From Mesotaenium endlicherianum (Eukaryota), in the NCBI GenBank assembly GCA_009602735.1, contig WELA01002297.1, positions 576,805 to 640,804 of the forward strand: a stretch of 64,000 nucleotides of DNA, written 5' to 3'. Numbering within the stretch: the stretch's first letter is position 1; every line of letters starts with the position of its first letter. Positions 1 through 12,753 of the stretch are shown piece by piece. The notes below the pieces were generated by a model. It did no database searches. It had not been told where the DNA came from and saw nothing but the letters and a program-made list of their open reading frames with translations. The position numbers and the translations under genes are program-made.

Positions 1-742
1 ATCGTTACATGTTACAATTCCTATCGAGATACATGAGGCATCCCCAAGAGAAAAATATATTCCCTTGGTTGACTCTAGGCAGTCTTAGTCATTGAACTAG
101 GTTTTTATGGATGAGGGTATGTGAGGCTCCTCCGTCTACAAATGGTTTTATCTTCCTACCACTCATACAACGCAGTTGAATTGGAGGAACGAACTCTTCC
201 TTATTTTTTGCATTGTTCTCCTTACGTAGCAAAGAAATGTTGGACATTAGATCGAACAAGGCCATCTCGAGTGTGTTCTCTCTAAGAATCTATATTGCTG
301 ATAATTTCCTATACCTAATCGTTAGATATGCATAATTATCCAGTTTAGGAATGCCAATAAAACATGCTAAGGGGGCAGCTATAACTTTACCTCTAGCATC
401 CTCACAGTTACCGAATTGTTGATTAATGCTTCTATTAAAAGACTAATTCTTTTGAATGATCTTAGGCAGGTTATTCTTAGAAGATGCATCTCTATAAAAG
501 TGTCTCTTTGTTGCCAGTGGTAGCAAATCAAGTATATACTAAGGCTAGTCTTGGCTTACATCTGCTACCACCTCTTTCATAAACTGCTCAAGAGTATAAT
601 CGGTGAACTCTAGATTTCATAGCACAATACTCATACTCATAAAAAACCTAATCCTCTTCTTGGTCACCCTCAGCTTGGTCTTCTTTACTTCCATCTAAAA
701 ATCCATGTGGCTTTTTGACAATCTTAGCCACAAACGTACTAC

Positions 743-1831
743 CAAGGTTATGCCATACGGCATATTAGCCCAATTTTTTGCTAATTAAGCGAACTAATTC
801 CGCGTATAGCGTCCTAAGCGAACTTCAATCTATATTGAACACTAAATCAATTCATTTATGCAAAAGGAGGGGAGAGGTTCTTAAAATTTTGTTGTGGAAA
901 TAATGTACCTTGTTCATTCTATAAGCCCATATATTTCTTAAAAATGTCATACCTATATGGATTATACACATTGCAAAATTTAAGGCAAAAAGTGCAGTGC
1001 GTACTTGTAAGGTCATAGGGTTACAAAGTGCATTTTTGAGTTTATTGATGATAGACTTTGAGTGCATGGAAGTGTAGAGTGCATGTTTTTGGTCATTTTG
1101 ATACAAAGTTCATTGAATTTGGCTAAGTATTGAGAAAGTTGAATTTTTGAAGTTTTTTAAGTTTTGAGGTCGGTTGACGACTGTTCTTAATTCGCGGTGA
1201 GCGCGACCGTCGGATTGACTGACAGCGTCGAGCGATCTGGCCCGTTAGAGTGAAAACTTCGACTGACGCGGAGTGCCGACTAGGTCAATTTACCTAGAAG
1301 TTTCAGATTACCCTAGCGAGTCTAAGTTAGTATATTCTAGACATTTTGATGCATGCATGTGGACGTCAAATCGGCTCGACACGTCAGATGAGACTGATCT
1401 GGCCTACTCACAAATATTTTGAAAGGGACGATTTGAAAAACACTAAGGAAAATCCGTTGCTAGGCGGCCCTCCCGCCTAGAGAGGACTTAGGTAAAAAAA
1501 CCATAAATAGGCATAACTTCCTCATTTCTTATTAGTTTTCACTTCTATAAATTTCTACGGGTTTGTAATGACGAGGCCTTATATCCTAGTTCATTTGTGA
1601 GCACTTTTTTACAACTCATAATGTTGAGTAATTTTTGTGAGCTTTCTAAGTGACAGGCCGTTGCACTCTTTAGTATGATTGCAACTAGTTCTTTTCCTCG
1701 TGAGTCACTACGCTTCCACTAGGGCACTCTGCCCCCTTCATTACTAAGCGTAGAAAGCCCTTCTTTTTGTACCAAATTAACAAAGTAGCGTATATATCGA
1801 ACTAAGCATATTAGCGTGCGGGGTAACCCTG
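743..1831. mobile_element. Non-autonomous hAT-like element (MITE-like), about 350 bp once the inserted solo LTR is removed
   Basis: Ends are CAAGGTTATGCC (743) and GGGGTAACCCTG (to 1831), resembling the TIRs of the large hAT. Flanking 8-mers are CGTACTAC and CAAACTAC (6/8). It carries TAAGCGAAC-type subterminal motifs like the large hAT. Confidence 0.55.
1006..1740 (+). mobile_element. Solo LTR, family A
   Basis: TGTAAGGTCAT...CCCCTTCA, homologous to the A1/A2 LTRs. Flanks are GTACT/TTACT (4/5 TSD). No internal domain is adjacent. Confidence 0.85.
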
Positions 1832-3149
1832 CAAACTACTGCGGCACTTGTGGTCAAACTGCTTCTAATCCCAAGCATTTGTAAGTCAAATCATGTCAAT
1901 GAAAACCTCATCTCTATTCTAAAAAAATTGGACTTGAGAATGTAGACTTCAAATCACACCTTAAGTATGCTATGCATATAGCCTATTTTGCCTGCTTCAT
2001 CACGTTCTTCTGAGATCTCTGAGCATACTCAACAACTGAAGTGGTATACTTCAGTGAAAGGTTGATCATCATCTATATAGTCTTCTCCTAAATATCAATA
2101 ATATCAAACTTTTCATGCAACTGCTGAAAAAATTATTCCCACGTGAGATCATTAAATTGTTTAAACTTCCTGTTATCTTTTTTAGAGCCACCAGTCTGCT
2201 GCGTTGCTTGTCCGCAAAGTACCAGTATGCTTAAATTTTTTTAAGTCTTGCTTGCAGGTTAAGATAATTCTCCAAGCACTGTTCAACATTTCTCAAAGAT
2301 TCTATCAGGTATCGCTCGGGATCAAAGTGTCAAGGCGCCTTTGGCTTAGGCCAACTGGGCACTGTGCCAAAGTCACTTTGATCAATTTGAGACCTATTTT
2401 GGTTTCTTCCTTGTAACAAGTCATGCATTTGGTTTCTATCTCCCTACTGAGATTGCCTCACCATTGTCATTTGCCTCTGCAAATTCCTTCCAACACCAGC
2501 ACCTTCAGGGGGCAAATCAGCAACAGCACCATTTAGGCTAGCAGGAGTAGCTTCAATACTTCTTGTTGCTACTGCTTTAGTCATTTTGGTTCCGCTCACC
2601 TGCATGCAAACGGTTGCTATTGCCACATCATGAAGTACAACAAAAGGCTTATGGAGGAATTTGGCCGTGATAGTCGCATCCTCTTCACGTGCTCCAACTA
2701 TTGCCACATGCCTTCCTCCCCGGGTTGCATCCTATTTTGCTCTTGCGAAGTGTTCGCATGTCCTAAGAAGCTCATCCTCAGCTTGCTTGAGTGCCACGGT
2801 GCTAGTGCGGCTATTGCTTTTCCAGTCTTTCTAGCTATCATGGCGGCGTCTTCAGTAAGAGAACCAAAAACATTCTCACTATGATCTTCCACCTTATTGA
2901 TATTGCTACCTTGAGATCTCGTGCTTACCATTCAAAAAATTGTGGGAAAAACTCTTACACCACTAAATTAGATCGACTAACAATAAACTAGTAACTTCTA
3001 CAAATGTTTAATCAACAAGTAATTTCTATAAAGCTTTCTGACTGACTCTCTCAACAGGCAAAACACTACAATAATGTAAGCAACTCTCAGTTGTCAGATT
3101 CAAGTAAGCGAGTATCAATTACCCAATCAATACCCTCATACATAAGCAA

Positions 3150-3900
3150 TGAAAGGGGCAAGATGCCCTAGTGGAAGCGTAGTGACTCACGAGGAAAAGA
3201 ACAAGTTGCAATCATATTAAACAGTGCAGCGGCATATCACTAAGATTGCTTAGGAAAATTACTCAACATTTTGAGTAGCAAGAAATTGCTCACAAATGAA
3301 CTAGAATGAGAGGCTCGTCATTACAAACCCGTAGAAATTTACAGAGGTGAAAGTTGATAAGAAGTGAGGAAGTTATGCCTATTTATAGTTTTCTGACCTA
3401 GGTTCTCTTCTCTAGGCGGGAGGGCCGCTTAGCAACAGATTTCCTAAGTGTTTGTCAAATCGTTCCTTCCAAAATATTCGTGATTAGGCCACATCAGTCT
3501 CATGTAACGTGTCGTGCCAATTTGACGTCAACATGCATGCATCGAAATATCTAGAATACACTAACTTTGACGCACTAAACTCATCCGAAATTCTAGGTAA
3601 ATGGACCTGCTCGGCACTCTGCGCAGCCAAACTTACGTGAAGGTTTGAATTCACTCTAACGGGCCAGATTGCTCAACGCTGTCGGTCAATCCGACGGTCG
3701 CGCTCACCGCGAATTAAAGATAGTCGTCAACAGACCTCAAAACTAATTCCACTTTGGAAATCCATAACTCTCTCGATACTAAACCAAATTTGATGAAGTT
3801 TATATCAAAATGACCACACAAATGCACTCTACTCTACTATGTACTCCAAATTTACTTTCATGGAACTCAAAAATGCACTTTATAAAGCTATGATCTAACA
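3150..3900 (-). repeat. 3' LTR of A1
   Basis: TG..CA termini on the minus strand, preceded by PPT GATATGGGGGATGA. Confidence 0.9.
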
Positions 3901-3959
3901 TCATCCCCCATATCAAAATGCGACGTCCTCGACGCATTCTGCAGGTAAATTCACAACTT

Positions 3960-5652
3960 ACTTTTACAATGAGTCAAGTTGGCCTCCGGCTCCCAAGCGT
4001 TGTCGTCCGTATGGTAGCCTTTCCACTTGACCAGATACTCTTGAACAAACTATTGACCTCGCATGACTCGTCGATCGCCGACAATCGCCTCCACTTCATA
4101 CTCCGATACATCATCAATCTCGACCGGTGGTGGCGGTGTAGGTAGTCGTCCTGGATGTTGTTCATTCGGGTCAACGTATGGCTGCAGGTAATTGACATGG
4201 AACACATCGTGTATACCCCAATGTGAACAAAGTTCCAACTTGTAGGCCACTGGATTCACTTGCTTGAGCACCGAAAATAGACCTGTAAATTGTGCTCGCA
4301 ATTTCCTCTTGCCCTTGAAAGGTAGATTCTCTGTTGACGAGAGTACTTTGTTGCCCACGTGGAATGTCACTTCCCTCCTGTGCTTGTTAGCATGTTTGAC
4401 CTGCTCTTTTTGTGCCTCCCGATTACACGTCTTCACCGTGTCCCAAGTCTTGGCCATCTGCTTCATAAAAGCTTGTGTAGTAGGGAACTGAGTCTCCTTA
4501 GTCTTCTCCAACAAGATGTTTCCAGGATGATATACTTCTCTTCCATAAACCATAGTGAATGGTGACTGCTTGGTTGATCCCTGCATGCTGTTGTTGTAAG
4601 CAAACTCCAACCTTGGCAGCTTCTTGTCCCACTTTGAAGGGTCTTTCGTAGTGAAACTCCTAAGCACCTCTTGCAGAGTTCTGTGGAGCTTCTCACTCTA
4701 CCCGCCTGTCTGAGAGTGATAGGAAGTGCTCACACTCAGCTTGACTGATACAGCTGCAAGGTCACACCTCGTGGATAAAGCATCTACAAGGTTGATCTTC
4801 CCAGGTAAGTACTTGTTCTTGTGGTCAAATTGTTGCAGAAACTCCATCTGCTTTGCTTGTCTTGGTGTCAACGTTGGCTGCGTTATAAACTTCTCCAAGC
4901 TCTTGTGGGCGGTCTTGATGAACACCTTCCTTCCGTCCACATAACATCACCAAATCCTCAAAGCCCGAATAATAGCCAACATCTCCCGCTCGTGTGCTGC
5001 ATAATTCTGCTCAGCAGGACTCAACTTCCTGCTCTCATATGCCACAGGTTGCAATGCTTTGCCCTGGTCCTGGAGAAGAATGGCTCTTACTGCAAAGTTT
5101 GATGCGTCCGTGATGATGGTGAAAGGAAGCTCTAGACTGGCTATTGCCAACACAGGTACTTGTGTCAACAACTCCTTGATCTTCCCAAAGGCTTGCTGCT
5201 CCTTGTCACCCTATAGCCATTTCTCCTGCTTCTTCAACATGTCTGTGAGCGGTGCACACACCTTGGCAAATCCTTCAATGAAACGTCGATAATAATTTGC
5301 CATGCCAAGGAAAGTTCTGAGTTGATGATTATCAACAGGTACCGACCAATCTCTGACTGCTTGCACCTTCTTTTGCTCCATCGTGACTCCTTCAACTCCC
5401 ACTATGTGCCCAAGAAACTCGACCTCTTTAAGACAGAATTCGCACTCGCTCATCTTCCCATATAGCTTTTGATCTCTCAAGACCTCCAACACCTTCTTGA
5501 GATGCTTCACATGCTCCTCCAAGGTCTTCAAATAGATCAAGATGTCGTCGAAAAATACCACCACAAATTGGTCCAAGTAGGGCCTGAAGATACTATTCAT
5601 GAGCCCCATGAATGTAGCAGGTTCATTAGTCAACCCAAAAGGCATGACTGTG
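3960..5652 (-). pseudogene. pol: A1 pol 3' part: RT C-terminus, RNase H, internally deleted integrase, chromodomain
   Basis: Motifs MPFGLTN..FFDDILIY, TDASNFAVRAIL and EFAYNNS, and chromodomain YEVEAIVGDR. Stops and frameshifts are present, plus a deletion of about 640 bp at ~4743 relative to A2. Confidence 0.9.
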
Positions 5653-6163
5653 CAGAGTTACGCCGTTTGCCAAGCTGGCCGACCTTTGTACGCTCAATTA
5701 AGCGAACTGAGTCGCTCGCACGAACTAAGCGAACCAAAAATTATTTACTTGTGTCGGCCGCCCAAGAACGCCTCGACGCGTGCACATCAGGCTCCCCACA
5801 ATTTGTTTAACTTGTGAGTTTGAATGAAGCATTGATCGACGCGATTGAAAACAAAAGTACACTAGCACAAGGTTTTTGAATGAGCAGCGGGAGCCCATAA
5901 GATCAAAAAACTTTGACGAAACTTTGAGACGAATGTTTTGGGATCCTCGAGTATCGCAGCATTCGTTGCACATTCATCTGCCTACCTAGCTGCTCACGGC
6001 ACAGTTAGGACCCCTTTGAGGCAAAACCTGCAACATACTTAAGACCCCTGTAGTGCTTTGTAGTTCATTCTGCACATCTTCTGTCATTGTAAGTTTGTCT
6101 CATCTTTCATTGACGTCTGCACCTTGCTCGCACTTTGCTCTGTACTTTGCTATTTTTGCTGAA

Positions 6164-7151
6164 TGTCATGATTTATTGAGTCGAGGTTGACGTACAAAAC
6201 CAAGCTTTACTTGTGTGAACCATCAACCTAGGAAGACCGACTTTGCATTGACCTTACGCATCTTTATATTGACCTTTTCTAGATTTTCACGTCATCAAAG
6301 TGTAGCGCGTCGAAGCATCTTCCGAATGGCACCAGTTTTGCGTCATTTGGTCAGGTATCGAGCGTGATATTTGCGATCTAGTCCGCGTCACCTACCGGCC
6401 CCTAACGGAAGTTTCCCAAGTGCCAACTTGTGACTCAATGTCCCCAAAGGTGACATTGTTGACTCTTCGTGATTCCAAAAGCCCTAGCTTTGTACGCACA
6501 AATCCGCAAACCCCTTAGACTACATAAGTCTTGCATTTCCATAGTATAAGTGCATCATTGAGGCTATAACTTGGTGACTGCATCACCTACTCAGATTCAC
6601 TTTTGAGGCGCTATCCAAGTAGAATCACCCAAGGTAAGCTCCACCACTGAGAGACACATAGCATATTCTAAGTGCCCTGCTTTGATTGGTTTGAGTTATG
6701 CTTAGCCTATAGGAGTGCTACTACATGCCTTGTACACATTAGTGGATATACGAGAGCCTCCTAGAGTGACTAGATGCATTGGATCCGCCGCATACCACGC
6801 CGGGTTTCCAGGATTATAAGTACTAGAGATGTCCCTAGAGAGACATCATTTTAGAAGTCCTCATTATGCCAGTTGTAAGTAACAGAGATTATGAGTAAAG
6901 CTTACACTTTTATCTCTTGTGTTTTCAGGACCACTTAGTTACTCTCTTGTGAAGAGCAAGCCTTCCTGGCTTCTAGTCACTTGAAGAACTTCACAAGTGG
7001 TGAGCAAAGTCACAGCTTAAACCCTTGCATGGGACTACTCTTGAAGATCATGATGTGCTTCCAATGATCTTTTGGGCCATACTTCATTAGTTGTTTTCCT
7101 ACCAGATTACAGTCTTGAGGTGCTCACTCTGGAGAGAACACACCCCCCTTA
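6164..7151 (+). repeat. Repeat a1 of element B (about 1 kb)
   Basis: Closely matches 17721-18734. It does not end in CA followed by a TGG primer site. The 3' boundary is approximate. Confidence 0.9.
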
Positions 7152-7380
7152 CTTCTAAAAGGATCTCTCTTTGCTTCGCTGACAAGCATCTAGAATGTTC
7201 AACGTATGCTTACCCGTAGTGGGCTATCTTATCAGCCATACTACGAAGGGGTTAGAAGACTCAGACTGAGATCTCAGCACTATCACTAAACCCTCTGGAG
7301 AGGAGCAACCCGCGCTCCAGCGCACGGCAGTTGCTTCTGAGCCACCGTCCCAGTGGGCTCACGACGATTCCTGGTATCCT

Positions 7381-8400
7381 ATGGCAGGTGACCAAGAGGT
7401 CAAGACTAACAGGTTCGCCTATCGCTTCAGCGGCCGGCCAGGCACCTGTGATCTGGAAGATACCATCTCGGAGTTTCAGGCTGACTTCGCAACAGCAAAG
7501 CTCAAGACGCCCACGCTGACGAAGCGCGACGCCTTTGACACGCTTATGCGCTACCTCTCTCACGAGGCCCGCGACACCTTCCGTGAGAAGGAAGCCGAGC
7601 TCCGGACACGTACCGAGCTTGTAGGTGACCCACCAGTGGCGACCACGCTGGCTGACCCAGTGCAAGCCTTCTGGAACATCCTGAAGACAAAGTTCCAGGC
7701 TGCAACTGAAGAAATGGTGTACGAGCTGCACCACTTCTTCCGACGCAAGAACGAGACGATCCTCATGATGTACCGCCGCTTGGTGCACCTACGCCGCGAC
7801 GTCGGCATTGTCACCGACCGGGAGGCCGCGGAGATCTTCTTGCGCGCCGTCGAGCCGCGTCTGAGGGAGAGGGCTGTCGTCCCCCTCATCGACCGCCACG
7901 ATTTAGAGTACTCATTGGAGCAGGCCTACCTCTCCATTGAGAAGCAGAGCTTGGCCGCCACACAGAGCAACATTAGCGATCGTTTGGGCCTCGCATCTAC
8001 GAGCGTGCGCCAGGAGGCCTCAGTGCTTCCATCTTTCATGATGTGCACGACTCTTGCCCGCTTGCCCCAGCAGCAGCAGCAGCCTTAGCACTCTCAACTG
8101 CCCCAGCAGACGCAGCAGCGCAAAGCTACGCGTGGCCGTATTTCCATGGCCGCTACGACAAGTGACCCCTGCTGGTCTTGCGAAAAGACGAGCCACTCAC
8201 GCCAGAACTGCACGCTCGCGCAAAATGTCAAGCCCGACGATTGCACCTACTGTGGCAAGGCCGGCCACCTGCAGATTGTGTGTCTGCAGAAGAAGCGCGA
8301 CGTCGAGATCCGGCGCGCTCGTGACGGTCCTTCGCCTGCAGCAGGACAGCAGGGCGGGCGCAACCCTCGCGCGGGTGTACGCCCTGCGATGACGGCAGCT
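7381..8400 (+). pseudogene. gag: Element B gag with two CCHC zinc knuckles (premature stop at 8086-8088)
   Basis: Capsid-like ORF 7381-8088 continues in frame into CWSCEKTSHSRQNC and CTYCGKAGHLQIVC. Confidence 0.8.
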
Positions 8401-9879
8401 ACGGCCACAACGGACACCGCGCTGACCCCCGGAGCCGACTATTGTAGCTATGACGATATCAGTGACGACCTCGTGGAGGCCAATGCGGGGATCGCAAGAC
8501 TTTGTGGCCTCTTCGACGCCAATAGCTACGACGCGTGCGGAGCGCTCTTTGCACACGCTCCATCGTCCTGCGCCACAGCTCTGACAGCTGGCGCCCGCAC
8601 AGTTCCTGCGCACACCACGCTGACACCTGTCAGTAGCAACAGCACACGCTCTGACAGGCTGCCAAACGGCAGGCTACAGGCCTGCGTTGCCGCACCATCC
8701 CCCGGCGTAGGCACGCCCGCAGACGACACCGCACGCACGCCAGCCCGGGCTCCGACAGAGCCCCTGGCCTGCGCTGCCCTGCTGTCTCCAGCAGGCTTCA
8801 CCTCGACCCGCGCAGCGACATCTAGCACGCGGGAACGAGCTCACTGGACGGCGCGCACGGTTGCCGTTAGCACAGCTGCCGAATCCCTTGTCGTACGCAC
8901 GGCACGACCATGCGCAGACCTGCGCACAGGCAAAAACAGCCGCCCCTTGCTGGCTTTCGCATACAGCAGGTCCCAGCAGAGGCCGCCACTTGTCGCCGGC
9001 ACGACGGGTGGTGTCGCTCCTGTTAACAACAGTGTGCCCGCGCGCGCACTCACACGCACGCGCACGCCGCACATTGCGCTGCCAGACCCGCTGCGCAGCT
9101 GGCGATGCCACGACAGCTCCGTAGCAGCAGCCACAGCAGCGCACGGCAGTTGCGCACAGGTGTTGCCACATGGCGCACGCACGCTGCCCCACACAGTCTG
9201 CGCAGAGACTGCGGTTGCGACCGCCATCTCCAGGCAGGGGGGGGCAACCCCGACTGCGCTGTGTGGCCGGATCCCCGGACAGGGCGCCGACGGCACGCCC
9301 CCAGCTGCGTGCAGCCAGGTGTTTACCCCTGGCGCACACGGGCCACCACTTGGCACGCGCACACAGCTCGGGCCAGCCAGCGATCTGGCGGTCGCGACCG
9401 CCATCCTCAGTCGGGGGGGGGCTACCCCGACGTCGCTGTGCTGCCAGATCGGCGTGCGGGGTCCCGACGGCACCACCACAGCTGCGCACAGCCAGGGCTT
9501 AAACCCTTGCTGCACGCAAAATTTCGGCGACAACGTATTTCGCGCTGCCGGGGCTCCAGCAAGTGGACGCACCAAGGGGAGGGCGCCGCGAGCCTTGCAC
9601 GGGGGAGCCGAGACGGGCGCTGACGCGGGTCTGACGACGTGACCCCACGGCTCCAGGAGCCACCAGGAGGCGCCACGTGGCAGCCTCCCGGCAGCCGCGT
9701 GCTCGCCAGCAGCTGCAACCGTTCCTGCAGCTGCGCACTCGACAGCCGCTGCGCTTCCGGCGGCTACGCATGCGCTTGCGCCTGTAGCGCTTGCGCCTGC
9801 ATCTGCGAGTGTGCCAACGTTTGCACCAGCGCCAGCCGTCATGACAGCGTCAGCCGCCACGCCAGTAGCGGCTAGCCTT

Positions 9880-10075
9880 GGGATCGTGGCAGGCCGCGCG
9901 ACAGGCTTTATGGCAGGCCGCGCGACAGGCTCAGCGGCAGGCCCTGCGGCAGGCTGCGCGCCAAGCCTTGGGGGAGGCTCTACGACAGGCAGCACGGCAG
10001 GTACTGCAGCAGGCCTTGCAACAGGCCTTGCGGCAGACCGCGCACCAGGCTGCGCGGCAGGCCTTGCGATTGCGC
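9880..10075. repeat. Imperfect 12-bp tandem repeat (GCAGGCCTTGCG-like) in the gag-protease linker of B
   Basis: Recurrent gcaggc/acaggc units; one frame translates as QAARQAL repeats. Confidence 0.7.
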
Positions 10076-10236
10076 CAGCAACTGCCATTCTGGCCTACTG
10101 CGCACGCACGCAGCCTCTCGGCAGTTGCCCTGCGGTCGGTCGCGCTAGCTGCGAGCACACGCTCGTGGCACCAGCCGGCCGGCCTGCGGCTTCACAGAAG
10201 CGCGACGGGCCAAACCAGGGATGACGGACGGAGGAA

Positions 10237-10926
10237 GTGTTGCGCCTGCCTCGTTCGTTTTGCGTGCTGGAGACGCCAGTAAAGCCCGCGTCATGCGTGC
10301 TCGCCTCGCCGAGAAGGACGGTGCAGCTCAGCGCCGAAGCCATCTTGCTGGCACTGCATCGCATGCCGGCGGTCTCCTTCGCGGAGCTCGGCGTTTCCAT
10401 GGAGGCAACAAGGCAGGCCGCTCATCTGCTGCTCTGGTCACGCGCAGACACTGTGCGCGCTGCCATTGGCAGGCCTACACCCGATGCCGCAACCGCGATG
10501 CGATCCGCACCAGCGCGCCCTGCGCATGAGCGCAAGATGATCAGCACTCCTAACGTCGCGTTTTTGGATAATTTGCACGGGATTGTGCTCGTCAACACCC
10601 AGGCGCCGCACTGCATGATGTTTGACACGGGCGCGCAGCCGGTCCTCATCAGCCTGCGCAACTTTCGTCGGCTGGGGCTCTCTTTGGCCGACCTGGAGGA
10701 CTCGTCGAGGCGCATCAACACCGCCGCCGGCACCTCCAAGTTCGTCACAGGCCGCACAAGGCTGGCATTGCGGTTCACTCTCCGCCCATGCACTGCAGAC
10801 AAGACGACCATCTATTGGCACGCGCTCGTTACTCCTTCAAAGTCCTTCGATGTTCTACTCGGGCAGGACGTGCTCTTTCCTATCGGCGTTGCGGTCGAGA
10901 ACTGGGCGGAGCGGGTCTTCTATTGA
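10237..10926 (+). pseudogene. Element B aspartic protease domain
   Basis: Catalytic DTG motif in MMFDTGAQPVLIS, and a downstream FDVLLGQD motif. Confidence 0.85.
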
Positions 10927-11170
10927 CCTGATTGGCAATCGGGAGGGATGCGCACGGCACCCTTGCCCCTTAACATCGTCAATCGCTGCCCAGCGGTGTC
11001 TGCTCTCTACGGATTCATGGGGCTGGGCGACGGCCAGCCAGTGGTCTAGACCGATGAGGGAGGGCCCGAGGACGAAGAGATCTCTGTGGGAGAGGACCTG
11101 CTTGAGCCGCAGGATGAGGAGCCGGATCTGCCTAGCGCAGAGCTCCACCTTACACCACATGAGCAAAGAA

Positions 11171-11377
11171 TGTCAAAGAATGTGACCCGGCTGTCAAAGA
11201 ATGTGTCAGCAAGCTGACTTAAGGTGACCTCAGCCTGTTACTTCAGGCCGAGTCATTAAACTTATATTAACTATAAAGTCTGGCAGACTGATCATTAACT
11301 AGAGTTCAGCAGGCTGAACTTATTTAACTATATTATTTAAATGAATATTATGTCAACCAATATACTGATTCATTACA
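11171..11377. mobile_element. AT-rich insertion of about 200 bp in B, possibly a short solo LTR related to 62720-62877
   Basis: Abrupt AT-rich block running TGTCAAAG...CATTACA. It shares GCTGACTT, GAGTCATTA and TGATTCATTA with 62720-62877. No clean TSD. Confidence 0.45.
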
Positions 11378-12753
11378 AGCAGGCAGATGTCCTGGCAGCC
11401 CAGGCCAGGGAGCAGATACGCATCTGCGCAGCGCACCGCGCCAGGATGCGGCAGATGGCGGAGGATACCACCGAGGCTCTTGCCGTTGCCCGTACTGCCG
11501 TTGCTGCCGCAGTCCTTGCTCGTGACACAGCGCACCTGCCCCCTCTTGCAGCGGGCCTTCAGCGAGGACAGACGTCCGCGTACGCCACGACGTACCCGTT
11601 GGCGTGGCCATCCAATACAGTAGGGACCTTGCACCAGGCCGCCTATCCTGGCGAGTCCAACGACCTACCCCTTGACAGCAACGAGAAGGAGGAAGAGCAG
11701 TGGGAGCAGCTTCCCGAGGAATCTGCAAAGGAGTACCTTGCGCAGCCATCGGAGGAGCCTCGGCCACCTACGCCCACGACGCATGTTCGACGCGGGCCTA
11801 CAAGCTCGCCCGGCTTTAGCAACTTGCCGCAGGGGGCCGCGGCCTGGTCCAACCGGGCCACGCCGCCGCAGCTAGAACAAGCCGTCCCATGTCCCATGAC
11901 TGCTCCACAAGCTACGAGTGCCGCGTCAGGCACTTATTCACCTCCGCCCGCGCGGCAGCTGCTCCTTCCAGCACTGCCACGCCTCCGGTACGCCAGCTGC
12001 AGGCTCACAGCAGCATTCGCGACCCGCCGCGCGAAGGCCCGTCTACCTGCGTTCATCCGCCCCTGCGATACGCACACCGCACCAGGCCGACCATTGGGCC
12101 CGCCCGAGAGACCACTCCTCTCCGCGAGACGAGGCGCCCACGGTAGCTCACGCCCCTGCGTGAGGCGCAAGAGGTCACTCCACTTTGCGAGCCGCGATCT
12201 CGCTCCATCACGCCGCCATATGATGACAGGAAGCGCACGCCCCCATACGACGACACTCAGAGCAAGGAGGCACGCCACCTTTTTGACCACTCCCAGACTG
12301 CGACGACACGCATTCCTCCTCGCAGGCGCATTACGCCCTGTACCTTGACCTTGCAGCTCAACGCGCCGACGTCCCCCGCAGCCACATCACAGGCGACGGC
12401 CCCTCGGGATTGCCTCCTCAAAAGGTGGCGCGCACAGGTGACAGGCCGCTTCCTCGCCACCCGTTCCCAGCAGCCACACGAGCAGAGCTCATGCCGCACC
12501 TCCGGCATCCCCGCGTGGAGCTAGCTCCGCGAGGGCAGCCCCGCCCGCGAGTCCAGCTGGCCCCGCACCAGCTCGTTCGGCCATGGCAGAGGGTTGACAA
12601 CCCAGAGCAATCGATTCGCACAGTCCCCGCAGACGCCAGGCGGGAGCGTCTGCGCGCCTACTTTGATCCGCATCCCTATTTGCCTCAGCGGCTCGTTTTG
12701 GACCAGTTGGCCCATGCAGCCTCGCACCAGGACGACCTTGCTCAGCGTGGCCG

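Larger units (their letters stand above)
60..2931 (-). pseudogene. Highly decayed LTR-retrotransposon gag/protease remnant (family E), the outermost layer, interrupted by a small hAT-like element
   Basis: Minus-strand ORF begins MVSTRSQ at 2931. There is a gag-like LTWE*FFQQLHEKF segment near 2110-2150 and a possible protease IDS / FLLGMP remnant near 30-300. Many stops. Confidence 0.35.
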
